Counted from the stretch's first letter, positions 19,155-27,153 are shown. The stretch: 64,000 nt of DNA from Nanobdellota archaeon (GCA_021799535.1 JAJZAH010000002.1:16950-80949), one strand, 5' to 3'. Notes: generated from the sequence alone by a model not told the origin. Made by a program: numbers and translations.

Positions 19155-20020
19155 GCTGCCGTCGCCTCCGTAAATATTTTTGATATTACCGGGAGTCTAG
19201 CCAGATTATCGAGTTCAACTTGTTGGATAAATTTATATCCAAATTTCTCCTTTATCTCTTCCAAGATCAAGTCTCTGAATCTACTCTTGTCAATCTTTTT
19301 TCCCAAAATTCCTTCCACACTTTTCACACCCAATTCCTCTTTTGTATAACCACATGGGTTGATGTAATCAAAGCCTTCGATACCCTTGTCAGTTATGTAA
19401 AAATTGAATCCATGGTACGCAACGCCTTTGGAAATCTTTATTCCCTTTCCACCGACCTTGTAATTTTTTCCATCTTCAGTTACCCAGACATCTTTTCTGT
19501 CTTTTCTTTGCTTAATTTCCTCTCTTGCTTTTTCAATGTCGATGTCTTTGCTCTCTCCAATTTTTTCAACAACCTTAAATATCTTGGCATTTATGCCTAT
19601 TTTTTTTAAAGAGCTCATCATAGTCTGATCTATTAATGATTCATAGTTTCCAACCCCAAACTGCCTGTTTACAATTTCCTCATATTTTACTATTGGATAA
19701 AAAACTAACTGTCCTGGACCGATATACGTTGATCCCCCTCCTCTTGTCGATCTTCTGAATCCTATCCCCATTTTATTCAGATAGCTTATGATATTTTTTT
19801 CATCCTTGCTTCCTACTTTTTCTATAATCTCCTTTGAAAATTTGTTGTGATAATCTGCTCTTCCGAAACTTATTGTTGGAAAATGTTCAGTTACAAGAAT
19901 CAAATCTCCTATCCGATCAAATTCTCTTTTCTTTGAGAGAACTCTTTGTAAATTCTCTGTCTTTTCATAATCTGTTATTCCCAAATCAACCCATTGAGCG
20001 ACTTTTCCTTCCAAATTCAT
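19151..20020 (-). CDS. lipB: LipB-type octanoyl/lipoyl transferase with a charged insertion
   Basis: TRGGGSTYIGPGQLVFYP matches the LipB RGGxxTYHGPGQ motif. KVGGKGIKISKGVAYHGFNFY...INPCGY matches the catalytic Lys and PCG-Cys region. Confidence 0.7.
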   Translation of the reverse strand: MNLEGKVAQWVDLGITDYEKTENLQRVLSKKREFDRIGDLILVTEHFPTISFGRADYHNKFSKEIIEKVGSKDEKNIISYLNKMGIGFRRSTRGGGSTYIGPGQLVFYPIVKYEEIVNRQFGVGNYESLIDQTMMSSLKKIGINAKIFKVVEKIGESKDIDIEKAREEIKQRKDRKDVWVTEDGKNYKVGGKGIKISKGVAYHGFNFYITDKGIEGFDYINPCGYTKEELGVKSVEGILGKKIDKSRFRDLILEEIKEKFGYKFIQQVELDNLARLPVISKIFTEATAA

Positions 20021-21087
20021 TTACTCTCCTCTGCGATTTTTTTTATCTCATCAAGTTCTGGAATTAGTTCGTCAGGCAACTTTTCAAACAGGTAATTTAT
20101 TATGTCTTCAGCAGGGTAAGGTTTCATAGCCTCAAAGCTTTTGACCCCTTCTTCTACCTCTTTTTTTACCTGTTCTTGAATTTTCTTGCCTTCGGCTTCC
20201 GTTAAAATTTTTGCTTTTATAAGGTATTTTTTAAATCTTAACAAAGGATCAAATTTTTCATGCTTTTTTGCTTCTTCGGGTTTCCTGTATTTTGAAGCGT
20301 CGTCTGAAGTTGTATGGTCTCCCATTCTGTAAGTCAGGCATTCAATAAGTGTTGGTTTTCCTGTGTAAGCCTCCGTGAGAGCATCTTTTGTCGCTTTGTA
20401 AACTGCGAGGATGTCGTTGCCGTCTACTCTTATTCCTTTGAATCCGTAAGCTATTGCTTTTTGTGCTATAGTCTCAGCTTCAGTCTGTTCAGCTACAGGT
20501 AATGAGATAGCGAATTGATTATTCTGGCATAAAAAGACAGTGTGTGCATTGAATACTCCTGCAAAGTTCATTGCTTCATGGAAGTCTCCTTTTGATGTTG
20601 AACCGTCGCCGAAATATCCAATTGCTGCTGCTTTTTTCTTCTGATAGGCGAAGGCCATTCCAGCGCCTGTTGCATGTGGTATCTGGGATCCAACTGGGAT
20701 TGAGGGCATGAAGACATTCACATCTTTTGAAGATGCTCCCCTTTCATCCCCCTTGTGGTATAAAAAAAGTGCTTCTGGCTTTGCGCCCCTTGTAAGGTAG
20801 ACTCCATGCTCCCTGAAGGATGGGAAGGCTATATCATCTTTTTCCAAAGCGTAGGCTGAACCCACCTGGGCCGCTTCCTGCCCATAAAGTGATGCGTAAG
20901 TGTAAATTCTGCCTTGTCTTTGCAATAAAATTGATTCTTCGTCGAAAGCTCTTGACAAGACCATGAGATAATAAAGCTTTTTCAGCTCTTCTTTTGAGAG
21001 TTTCGGCATTTCCCTTTTGCTGACAATTTTGCCTGTTTCGTCGAGAATCTGCAAATAAGGCACCTCGAATTTTTTTATTATTTTCAT
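20017..21087 (-). CDS. 2-oxoacid dehydrogenase E1 component, alpha subunit (TPP-binding)
   Basis: TPP-binding GDGSTSKGDFHEAMNFA...N motif and YRMGDHTTSDDASKYR. I prefer the ATG at 21087 (MKIIKKFEV) over the listed TTG at 21105. Confidence 0.9.
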   Translation of the reverse strand: MKIIKKFEVPYLQILDETGKIVSKREMPKLSKEELKKLYYLMVLSRAFDEESILLQRQGRIYTYASLYGQEAAQVGSAYALEKDDIAFPSFREHGVYLTRGAKPEALFLYHKGDERGASSKDVNVFMPSIPVGSQIPHATGAGMAFAYQKKKAAAIGYFGDGSTSKGDFHEAMNFAGVFNAHTVFLCQNNQFAISLPVAEQTEAETIAQKAIAYGFKGIRVDGNDILAVYKATKDALTEAYTGKPTLIECLTYRMGDHTTSDDASKYRKPEEAKKHEKFDPLLRFKKYLIKAKILTEAEGKKIQEQVKKEVEEGVKSFEAMKPYPAEDIINYLFEKLPDELIPELDEIKKIAEESK

Positions 21088-21119
21088 TTTTAGCTGACCA
21101 ATCAAAAACGGGAGAGTTC

Positions 21120-21128
21120 TTTATAAAA
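21120..21128 (-). promoter_or_regulatory. TATA-like box upstream of the E1alpha operon
   Basis: tttataaaa lies about 35 nt upstream of the ATG at 21087. Confidence 0.35.
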
Positions 21129-21153
21129 TTTATGAAGAATAAACCGCTGAAAT

Positions 21154-22719
21154 TTATCCGAATATGCTCTCAAGCCACTTTATGAATTCCTGGATAATAC
21201 TTGGTTGTACACACTGATTGTTTGCACAAAAGTTGCTCTGGCATTCAAAATTATTCTCACATGAAATTCCTCCCTCTTTCTGAGGAAGATATGTTCCATT
21301 TTGGGAACAATAAGTTCCATTCTCTCTAATTCCAGGAGTTTTGCATGAAGGTGTTTTGATACACATTCCATCGCTGCATCCGAAGGGGCATTTGTATGCC
21401 TGTGCAACATCGTAAGTCACATTTCCGCTTAAGTTCTGGTATGCACAGGTTGTCTCCATAAGATATTCCCCCGAGGTCAAATTTAGGTCTTTCATGCTCA
21501 AGTTGTTTTTTATGAATATGTTTATGAGCTCTTTGGAGTCTGTCCCGTTAATTATGGGGACCGACGAGTTAAAACAACTATTTGTTGCGCTTATTTTTAC
21601 CTTCACGCCATTTGGCCCTGTTTGATTTATAATTACACTTCCTTTTTGGTATATATTGAATCCACCGTCGCTGTCATAGCAACCATTTTTTGAAGTTGTT
21701 CCATTAATACAAGCTCCGTCACTGCATCCAAAAGGGCATTTGTATACTGACCCCAAATCGAGCGCATTCCAATTGTTGCTACTGTAATTTATGTTTCCTA
21801 AGCAAGAACTTTCCATCAAGTATTCTCCTGAAGTTGCATTCAGATTACTTATATTTATATTGTCCTTATAGAAAGTAGTGAATACCTGGGATCCGGGAGT
21901 TCCATCTGCAAAAGGTACTGGAGAGTTGAAGCAGCTATCATATGAGGTTATATTTCCAAGGTTAGTTATTACTTTAACCTCTCCTTTAACATAATAATTT
22001 TTTCCACCGTCGCTGTCTGTACATGAAGGAGTTGTAAAATTGGTTTTACCCTGGACAGGGGCCTTTACGCATGCTCCATTGCTACACCCATAGGGGCATT
22101 TGTAGGATTCTCCCATAATAGCAGTGGTTGTTCCATTAAGAGTTTGAATTCCGCAAATTCCTTCAAATAAATACTGCCCTGAAGTTTGGTTTAAACTTCC
22201 CAGATTAATTCCTTTTGATGCGGCTATTTGAATGATGCTCCAGAAAGGGGTATAATTAGGCAAATTGAACGGCACATTAAAGCATCCGTCGTTGGCAAAA
22301 GCTTTTCCTGTTACGTTCGTTGTCAAATTAGTCATATTAACGCTAACTGAACCTTTTTGATAAATATTAAATCCTCCATCACTGTCCACGCATGATATTT
22401 TTAACTGGCTGTTCCGTGTAGAATTCGTATAATTGAAAGAGGTGTAGTTTCCGTCTGGTCCATAAACAACTCTTTGTATAGTAATCTTCATCCCTAAAGG
22501 AAAACTCCAGCTTTGCCCTGAAGCTAGGACGCCTGAGGTGACATAATTATATTCAATCTGAACTGAAGTTGAGTTTATGAAATCGACAAAAAATCCATTT
22601 GAACTGTTTAAGTAATTGATTGTGCATGTGTTTGCGCTGCAGGAGGATACTGCACCGATTAAACTTAATGACAAGAGCAATCCGATAAATGCTAGCATCG
22701 AAATGGTTTTATTCTTCAT
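21154..22719 (-). CDS. Secreted or surface Cys-rich protein with three repeats of about 106 aa
   Basis: Signal peptide (MKNKTISMLAFIGLLLSLSLIGAVSSCSA). Three units of C.DSDGG.N.Y.KG.V ... CFN ... SG(E/Q)YL.E..C ... YKCP(F/Y)GCS(D/N)G(A/M)C. Numerous N-x-S/T sequons. Confidence 0.75.
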   Translation of the reverse strand: MKNKTISMLAFIGLLLSLSLIGAVSSCSANTCTINYLNSSNGFFVDFINSTSVQIEYNYVTSGVLASGQSWSFPLGMKITIQRVVYGPDGNYTSFNYTNSTRNSQLKISCVDSDGGFNIYQKGSVSVNMTNLTTNVTGKAFANDGCFNVPFNLPNYTPFWSIIQIAASKGINLGSLNQTSGQYLFEGICGIQTLNGTTTAIMGESYKCPYGCSNGACVKAPVQGKTNFTTPSCTDSDGGKNYYVKGEVKVITNLGNITSYDSCFNSPVPFADGTPGSQVFTTFYKDNINISNLNATSGEYLMESSCLGNINYSSNNWNALDLGSVYKCPFGCSDGACINGTTSKNGCYDSDGGFNIYQKGSVIINQTGPNGVKVKISATNSCFNSSVPIINGTDSKELINIFIKNNLSMKDLNLTSGEYLMETTCAYQNLSGNVTYDVAQAYKCPFGCSDGMCIKTPSCKTPGIRENGTYCSQNGTYLPQKEGGISCENNFECQSNFCANNQCVQPSIIQEFIKWLESIFG

Positions 22720-22980
22720 TTAATAGAACCTCCCCTGAGATAGCGATTTAGACCTTTTCCAGTAAAGCCAACCCCCCAAAAACACAAAAACCCCTATTCC
22801 TGAGAAAAACAAGTATTCCGAAAGCCCCGTAGTTATCGACATTACTATCCCCCCGAGAACAATTATTATTCCCGCAATCATTGAAAAAATCCCTTTTATT
22901 TTGAAATCAAACCCTTCAACTTTATAACCCGTTGACAGGACTTTTTCACTTATGTTCTGTTTTTGGGTTTCCTCATCCAT
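22720..22980 (-). CDS. Small membrane protein (86 aa, 2 predicted TM)
   Basis: Two hydrophobic stretches. It abuts the start of the Cys-repeat gene with no gap. Confidence 0.5.
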   Translation of the reverse strand: MDEETQKQNISEKVLSTGYKVEGFDFKIKGIFSMIAGIIIVLGGIVMSITTGLSEYLFFSGIGVFVFLGGWLYWKRSKSLSQGRFY

Positions 22981-23287
22981 CTTTTTTTGAAGATATTTTC
23001 ATATTTAACTGTTTCTCTTCATCGACTTTTTCTTGGTGTCTGAAGAGGATCCAAGACAAAGCAATTATTATGAGTCCGACAAAAGTAAAGATAATCTCTG
23101 CTTCAATGTGGCTCATCCCGGGAGGGTAACTTAACTTCCCGACGCCAGTCCACATTAATATAAGTCCGACAGCAAAAACTATTGTCACAATCAATTGGTA
23201 GCCAAAGACAAAATTCTTCTGGTTGGGTTTTTCCACCCACTCTATTTGGATAAGAAGTTTATATTGCTTGTGGATTCTCTTGCACAA
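22973..23287 (-). CDS. Small membrane protein (104 aa, 2 predicted TM)
   Basis: Two hydrophobic stretches. Overlaps the next gene by 8 nt. Confidence 0.5.
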   Translation of the reverse strand: MCKRIHKQYKLLIQIEWVEKPNQKNFVFGYQLIVTIVFAVGLILMWTGVGKLSYPPGMSHIEAEIIFTFVGLIIIALSWILFRHQEKVDEEKQLNMKISSKKDG

Positions 23288-23320
23288 AACTTATTTAAGT
23301 GCGCGGTGTTTTTTTCATGC

Positions 23321-23950
23321 ATGGGAAAGATGGTGATGAATGCTGCAGAGTCTGCAGAGCTAATAAAAAAATTTGTTTCTGTTCCGCAATCACAGGTTGT
23401 GAAGAATGTTTCTGAGATAAATGTAAAAGCACCTCTTGTCCTTAAGATTCTTTCAAAGGATGCCGTGCATAAGACGGATGTAGGGGGTGTGAAAATTGTA
23501 ATGAACCAAGAACTGCTCGGCAAATCGTTTGATGAGCTTGTGAATGTATCCAAATTTAACAAGATGAATTTTGAAGGAATTTACATCCAGGAGTTTGTCA
23601 AGGGGGTAGAAACAATAATTGGAATAAAGAGGGATCCAATTTTTGGGCCAATGATCGTCTTTGGGCTTGGAGGGGTTTTTGCAGAGGTTCTCAAAGACAC
23701 TTCAACAAGGAGATGCCCTATAAGCTTAGATGATGCGCAGGAGATGATAGACTCGCTGAAGTCTTCGAAAATATTCTATGGCTTCAGAGGGATGAAAGTA
23801 AATTTTAATAATCTTAAAAAATCTCTTGTTGAGATATCAAAACTTCCGGAGAAATATAAGGAAGTCGAAGAGCTGGATATAAACCCTTTTATCTTAACGG
23901 AGAAAAAAGGTTTTGCTGCTGACGCAAGGGTTGTTATAAGGAGCGAATAA
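23321..23950 (+). CDS. acdB: ADP-forming acetyl-CoA synthetase, beta subunit (ATP-grasp)
   Basis: KILSKDAVHKTDVGGVKIV and DINPF motifs of the ACD ATP-grasp subunit. The ATG at 23321 avoids overlap with the upstream minus-strand gene. Confidence 0.7.
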   Translation: MGKMVMNAAESAELIKKFVSVPQSQVVKNVSEINVKAPLVLKILSKDAVHKTDVGGVKIVMNQELLGKSFDELVNVSKFNKMNFEGIYIQEFVKGVETIIGIKRDPIFGPMIVFGLGGVFAEVLKDTSTRRCPISLDDAQEMIDSLKSSKIFYGFRGMKVNFNNLKKSLVEISKLPEKYKEVEELDINPFILTEKKGFAADARVVIRSE

Positions 23951-24040
23951 AACGGTCTTCAGGCCCTTAAGAGCCTTGGATGAAATTTTATCTCCAGCTG
24001 TCTTTGTTAATAAAAATAAACTTTTAAATCAAAAAGCGAT

Positions 24041-24388
24041 TTACTTTTTGGTTTTTTTGAATTCATTTATTGCTTTTTCAACGAGCTGCATATACATAAC
24101 TGCAGGTCCCCCGCCCATGAGGGCAGCGACCCATGCAGCTTCCATTACTTCTTTTTCTGTTGCACCTTTTTCAAGGGCTCCGTTTACGTGGTAAGCAATG
24201 CACCAGTGGCAATGAGCAGAGGTAGACAAAGCTACAGCGATTAGCTCTTTTTGTTTTGAGTCAAGTGCTCCAGGAGACTCTACTGCCTGCATAAAACTGC
24301 CGAACCCTTTCATCTGGTCAGGCCATGCCTTTGAGAATCGGCCCAAGGAAGCGTTTGCTTCATCAAGAAGATTTTTCATTTCTCCCAT
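24041..24388 (-). CDS. Carboxymuconolactone decarboxylase/AhpD-like family protein
   Basis: CHWCIAYH (CxxC...H) motif. GGAGGTGA Shine-Dalgarno sequence 5 nt upstream of the ATG at 24388. Confidence 0.7.
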   Translation of the reverse strand: MGEMKNLLDEANASLGRFSKAWPDQMKGFGSFMQAVESPGALDSKQKELIAVALSTSAHCHWCIAYHVNGALEKGATEKEVMEAAWVAALMGGGPAVMYMQLVEKAINEFKKTKK

Positions 24389-24521
24389 TTTTTCACCTCC
24401 TTTTATAGGTTTCTTATGCAAAAAGTATTTAAATTCCTATCTGGCAGCACCTAACAGCATCGTATGAAATCCTTTTCATACATTTTCCTTTGCTTCCGGA
24501 AATGTGCATTCGAAATCATAA

Positions 24522-24533
24522 ACTATATAAATG
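24522..24533 (+). promoter_or_regulatory. TATA-like box for tfs
   Basis: actatataaatg is centred about 26 nt upstream of the ATG at 24554 (leaderless geometry). Confidence 0.4.
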
Positions 24534-24553
24534 ATTTATCCATCTAAAAGCCT

Positions 24554-24859
24554 ATGGAATTTTGTCCAAAATGTGGTTCTGTCCTTATGTCTAAAGTTAA
24601 GAACAGCGCGTGCCCTAGGTGCGGTTATACAAAAAAAGGTATGGTAAAACTTTCAACAAAAGAGAAGATAGAAGAGCATCCCGAAGTCGCTGTTTTGAAG
24701 AAGGACTTTAAGACCGAGCCCATAGTGTCTGAAGTCTGTCCAAAATGCGGTCATGACAAAGCGTATTTCTGGATGGTTCAGACAAGGTCAAGTGATGAGT
24801 CTCCAACAAAATTCTTTAAATGTACAAAATGTAGTTATACCAAAAGAGAGTATAGGTAA
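24554..24859 (+). CDS. tfs: Transcription factor S (TFS, RNAP cleavage factor)
   Basis: N-terminal CPKCG...CPRCG ribbon and a C-terminal ribbon carrying the canonical QTRSSDE acidic hairpin. Confidence 0.85.
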   Translation: MEFCPKCGSVLMSKVKNSACPRCGYTKKGMVKLSTKEKIEEHPEVAVLKKDFKTEPIVSEVCPKCGHDKAYFWMVQTRSSDESPTKFFKCTKCSYTKREYR

Positions 24860-24868
24860 ATAGAATTG

Positions 24869-25708
24869 TTATTCTTTTAGGTGTTTTTTAACTATTTCGA
24901 CAAGCTGGTTAGGCGAGTCGACTACGTAATTGAAATATGCTCTTCTGTCTCCCGAAAGTTCAACCCCCCTTTCCAGGACGGAACGCGCCTTTTCTTTCCC
25001 TTCCCCCTCTCCTGAGTACCCCCATGTTACTCCGATATTTATCAAAGTCTCGAGATGTGCGGGGTTTAATCTCATAACTTTATTTGAAGAAGCCAAATCG
25101 TTTAATGTGTCACCAATGTGGATAGTGTATTCCCCTTCGCTGTCAAGTAATTCCATAGCCAAAGCTAATGAAATTTTTGAAGGTTTTTTTATTGAGCCAG
25201 CGTTCCCATTTCCGTGGTATTGAGCCAGGATTTCTTTTGAAACGTATGAATCAAAGTATTTACTCACCCCATTCTTCTCAAGATCGCCGAAAACTATCTT
25301 CCAACTGTTGCTTGTATTTACTCCCAATCTCAGCCTTCTGTTTCTTGAGTAGTTTCGCGTGAGTTGTCCGCTTTCCCAGATCTCCTTTATGGCTTCCTTC
25401 ATGCCTGGATATAATATGGCTGGGTTCTCCGTTGAGAAAGCTTTGTAAGCGGGCCATACAGGGTGGTTAAAATCATTCATGTTGCAATCTAAATTCAGGA
25501 AGTCATAAATGTCCTGTACGTTTTCAGCCGGGGCCATTTTCTCCTGATACATCTTCATGAATGACTTGAAGTCTTTGTATGGGAAATCTTTCCCTTTCAC
25601 CCTATCTCTATTCACGGGATGGTACCAATATTTTTCGAACCATCTGTGCTGCCTTTCCATTGTTGGGGCCATCGTTCCGTCATAGTCAAAGATAACAGCC
25701 TGAAGCAT
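24869..25708 (-). CDS. HAD-superfamily hydrolase
   Basis: Motif I VIFDYDGTMAPT (DxDGT) and a later GDTLND motif IV. Confidence 0.7.
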   Translation of the reverse strand: MLQAVIFDYDGTMAPTMERQHRWFEKYWYHPVNRDRVKGKDFPYKDFKSFMKMYQEKMAPAENVQDIYDFLNLDCNMNDFNHPVWPAYKAFSTENPAILYPGMKEAIKEIWESGQLTRNYSRNRRLRLGVNTSNSWKIVFGDLEKNGVSKYFDSYVSKEILAQYHGNGNAGSIKKPSKISLALAMELLDSEGEYTIHIGDTLNDLASSNKVMRLNPAHLETLINIGVTWGYSGEGEGKEKARSVLERGVELSGDRRAYFNYVVDSPNQLVEIVKKHLKE

Positions 25709-25730
25709 ATAAAGAAGGACAGCAAAGAGT

Positions 25731-25742
25731 TTTTAAATTAAA
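25731..25742. promoter_or_regulatory. AT-rich TATA-like box between the divergent HAD gene and the tRNA locus
   Basis: ttttaaattaaa lies 23-34 nt from the HAD ATG (25708) and about 25 nt upstream of the first tRNA-fragment copy (25764). I see no comparable box between the two copies. Confidence 0.35.
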
Positions 25743-25764
25743 TTGTGGTTGAAAAAACATATCA

Positions 25765-25786
25765 GCTCCGTAGCTCAGTCTGGTCA
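25765..25786 (+). repeat. Orphan copy of the tRNA-Lys 5' acceptor/D-arm (22 nt, perfect)
   Basis: GCTCCGTAGCTCAGTCTGGTCA is identical to 25838-25859. The downstream sequence does not fold into a cloverleaf by hand. Confidence 0.85.
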
Positions 25787-25836
25787 AATGGAAATCTGAA
25801 AAATCTGTCGGCCCGTCCTGAGCAATGCAGCAAAGT

Positions 25837-25911
25837 GGCTCCGTAGCTCAGTCTGGTCAGAGCACTGGACTCTTAATCCAGGTGTCGGGGGTTCAAATCC
25901 CCTCGGGGCCA
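25837..25911 (+). tRNA. tRNA-Lys (anticodon CUU)
   Basis: Manual cloverleaf: acceptor GGCTCCG/CGGGGCC, D-arm GCTC-AGTCTGGTCA-GAGC, anticodon arm CTGGA-CTCTTAA-TCCAG, variable loop GTGTC, T-arm GGGGG-TTCAAAT-CCCCT, discriminator A. No encoded CCA. Confidence 0.9.
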
Positions 25912-25955
25912 TTTATTTCCAAAAGGCTTTTATACACAAGTTAACTTTTGTAATT

Positions 25956-26288
25956 ATGGCCTTAAGTTTTTGCAGTAAGTGCAAAAACATACTCCCCCCT
26001 CAGCATTCTGATGAGAATTTTGTAGTGTGTCCGAAATGTGGGCTTTTGCAAAAGATTAAGGGTGATTTAATCTCGACTGAAAATACTCCAAAAAAAATAC
26101 AGAAAGGGCACGGGATCGGAAGCGATGAGAATGTTTGTGCGACTTACGATCATACATGTAAAAGATGCGGATACAGCAAAGCTCAGGTAATTGACATGGG
26201 TGTAAAATATTCTGATGAAGATAATCTTATTTTCCTGAAATGTGGGAAGTGCAGTTTCTCAGAAAGAATCGGAAGAAAAACAAGCTGA
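25956..26288 (+). CDS. TFS paralog with a divergent catalytic hairpin
   Basis: Same two-ribbon architecture (CSKC...CPKC; CKRC...CGKC). It aligns residue for residue with the TFS C-ribbon, but QTRSSDE becomes GVKYSDE. Confidence 0.75.
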   Translation: MALSFCSKCKNILPPQHSDENFVVCPKCGLLQKIKGDLISTENTPKKIQKGHGIGSDENVCATYDHTCKRCGYSKAQVIDMGVKYSDEDNLIFLKCGKCSFSERIGRKTS

Positions 26289-26454
26289 GCTTTTTAAGCC
26301 ATTCAGTTCTCTGGGTTGGGATAATACTAATAGAACTTTTAAATGCGATCTAGCAAAGATTGACTTAAGGAGAGACCGAAATCAACTTCTCTACTGCCTT
26401 TTAATTCTTTCTTTCTCTCATTCAGGGTTCGGATAGTGATCACCTCTATCCAGC

Positions 26455-26730
26455 TTATTTGATAAGAACCTGTATATTCTCAATCGCGTCTGCAACCTGT
26501 CTCCCTTTGGGTGTAAGCTTTATGAGTTTGATCCTACCTTTCTTGTCAAACTCAACAAGCCTCAGGAGTTCCAGTGTCTGCAGTATCTTTACCGCATGGC
26601 TATAAGTGCAGTCCACTTCTTTAGCCAAAACACTACCATACCTCATCCTAGTGTTCTTCTTCAGAGAAACGAGCATCAATGCCGGCTTCCTTCTGAAAAA
26701 GATGTCGAAGTTGTCTTCCATCTTGGACAT
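26455..26730 (-). CDS. Small winged-helix transcriptional regulator (91 aa)
   Basis: The pattern YGSVLAKEVDCTYSHAVKILQTLELLRLVEFDKKGRIKLIKLTPKG is typical of a wHTH (ArsR/MarR-like). Confidence 0.55.
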   Translation of the reverse strand: MSKMEDNFDIFFRRKPALMLVSLKKNTRMRYGSVLAKEVDCTYSHAVKILQTLELLRLVEFDKKGRIKLIKLTPKGRQVADAIENIQVLIK

Positions 26731-26865
26731 GTATAGTTTAATATATATTTTATGACAACCCCTTCCTTATAAATATTTTGTGACCGTCGTGTTAAACATT
26801 AAGTGACAGATTTCTCAGGCGTTGCACGAAAATTCTTCGTCAGAAAAATGGCTGAACGTAAAAGC

Positions 26866-27153
26866 CTAAAAGTCGCTCCCGCCAAAGGGATAAGAATCTA
26901 TGCTTCCCCATTCAAGAAGGTAACTGCAGTTGGGACATTGCATAGGCGGAGGCTCTTGAATTTTGTCAGTCAGACTTTTTCCATGCTTATGGTTGTTTAT
27001 CATTTTCTCTAACCATGGGATTGAATATTCCTGTATGTAATTGTTAGTATACTTGTGCAGATCCTGGTGGCAGTTGCTGCATTCAATCAATGCCCCGCCC
27101 ATATCATCACCTAAGACTGTAATGAAAGCTCTATTAGAGTTTTTCTCTCTCAT
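26866..27153 (-). CDS. Zinc-ribbon-like small protein (95 aa)
   Basis: CSNC ... CPNC pair. GGGGGT SD-like sequence about 9 nt upstream of the ATG. Overlaps the upstream ORF by 20 nt. Confidence 0.5.
   Translation of the reverse strand: MREKNSNRAFITVLGDDMGGALIECSNCHQDLHKYTNNYIQEYSIPWLEKMINNHKHGKSLTDKIQEPPPMQCPNCSYLLEWGSIDSYPFGGSDF

Noticed and set aside
25765-25836. The first tRNA-like copy as a second tRNA gene, an intron-containing tRNA or a split-tRNA half.
   Set aside because: After the 22-nt match I could form no D-stem closure, anticodon arm or T-arm. A GAGC at 25820-25823 would require an insert of about 33 nt in the D-loop, and no anticodon or T-arm follows. Position 1 would be A opposite C72. 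I treat it as an orphan fragment.
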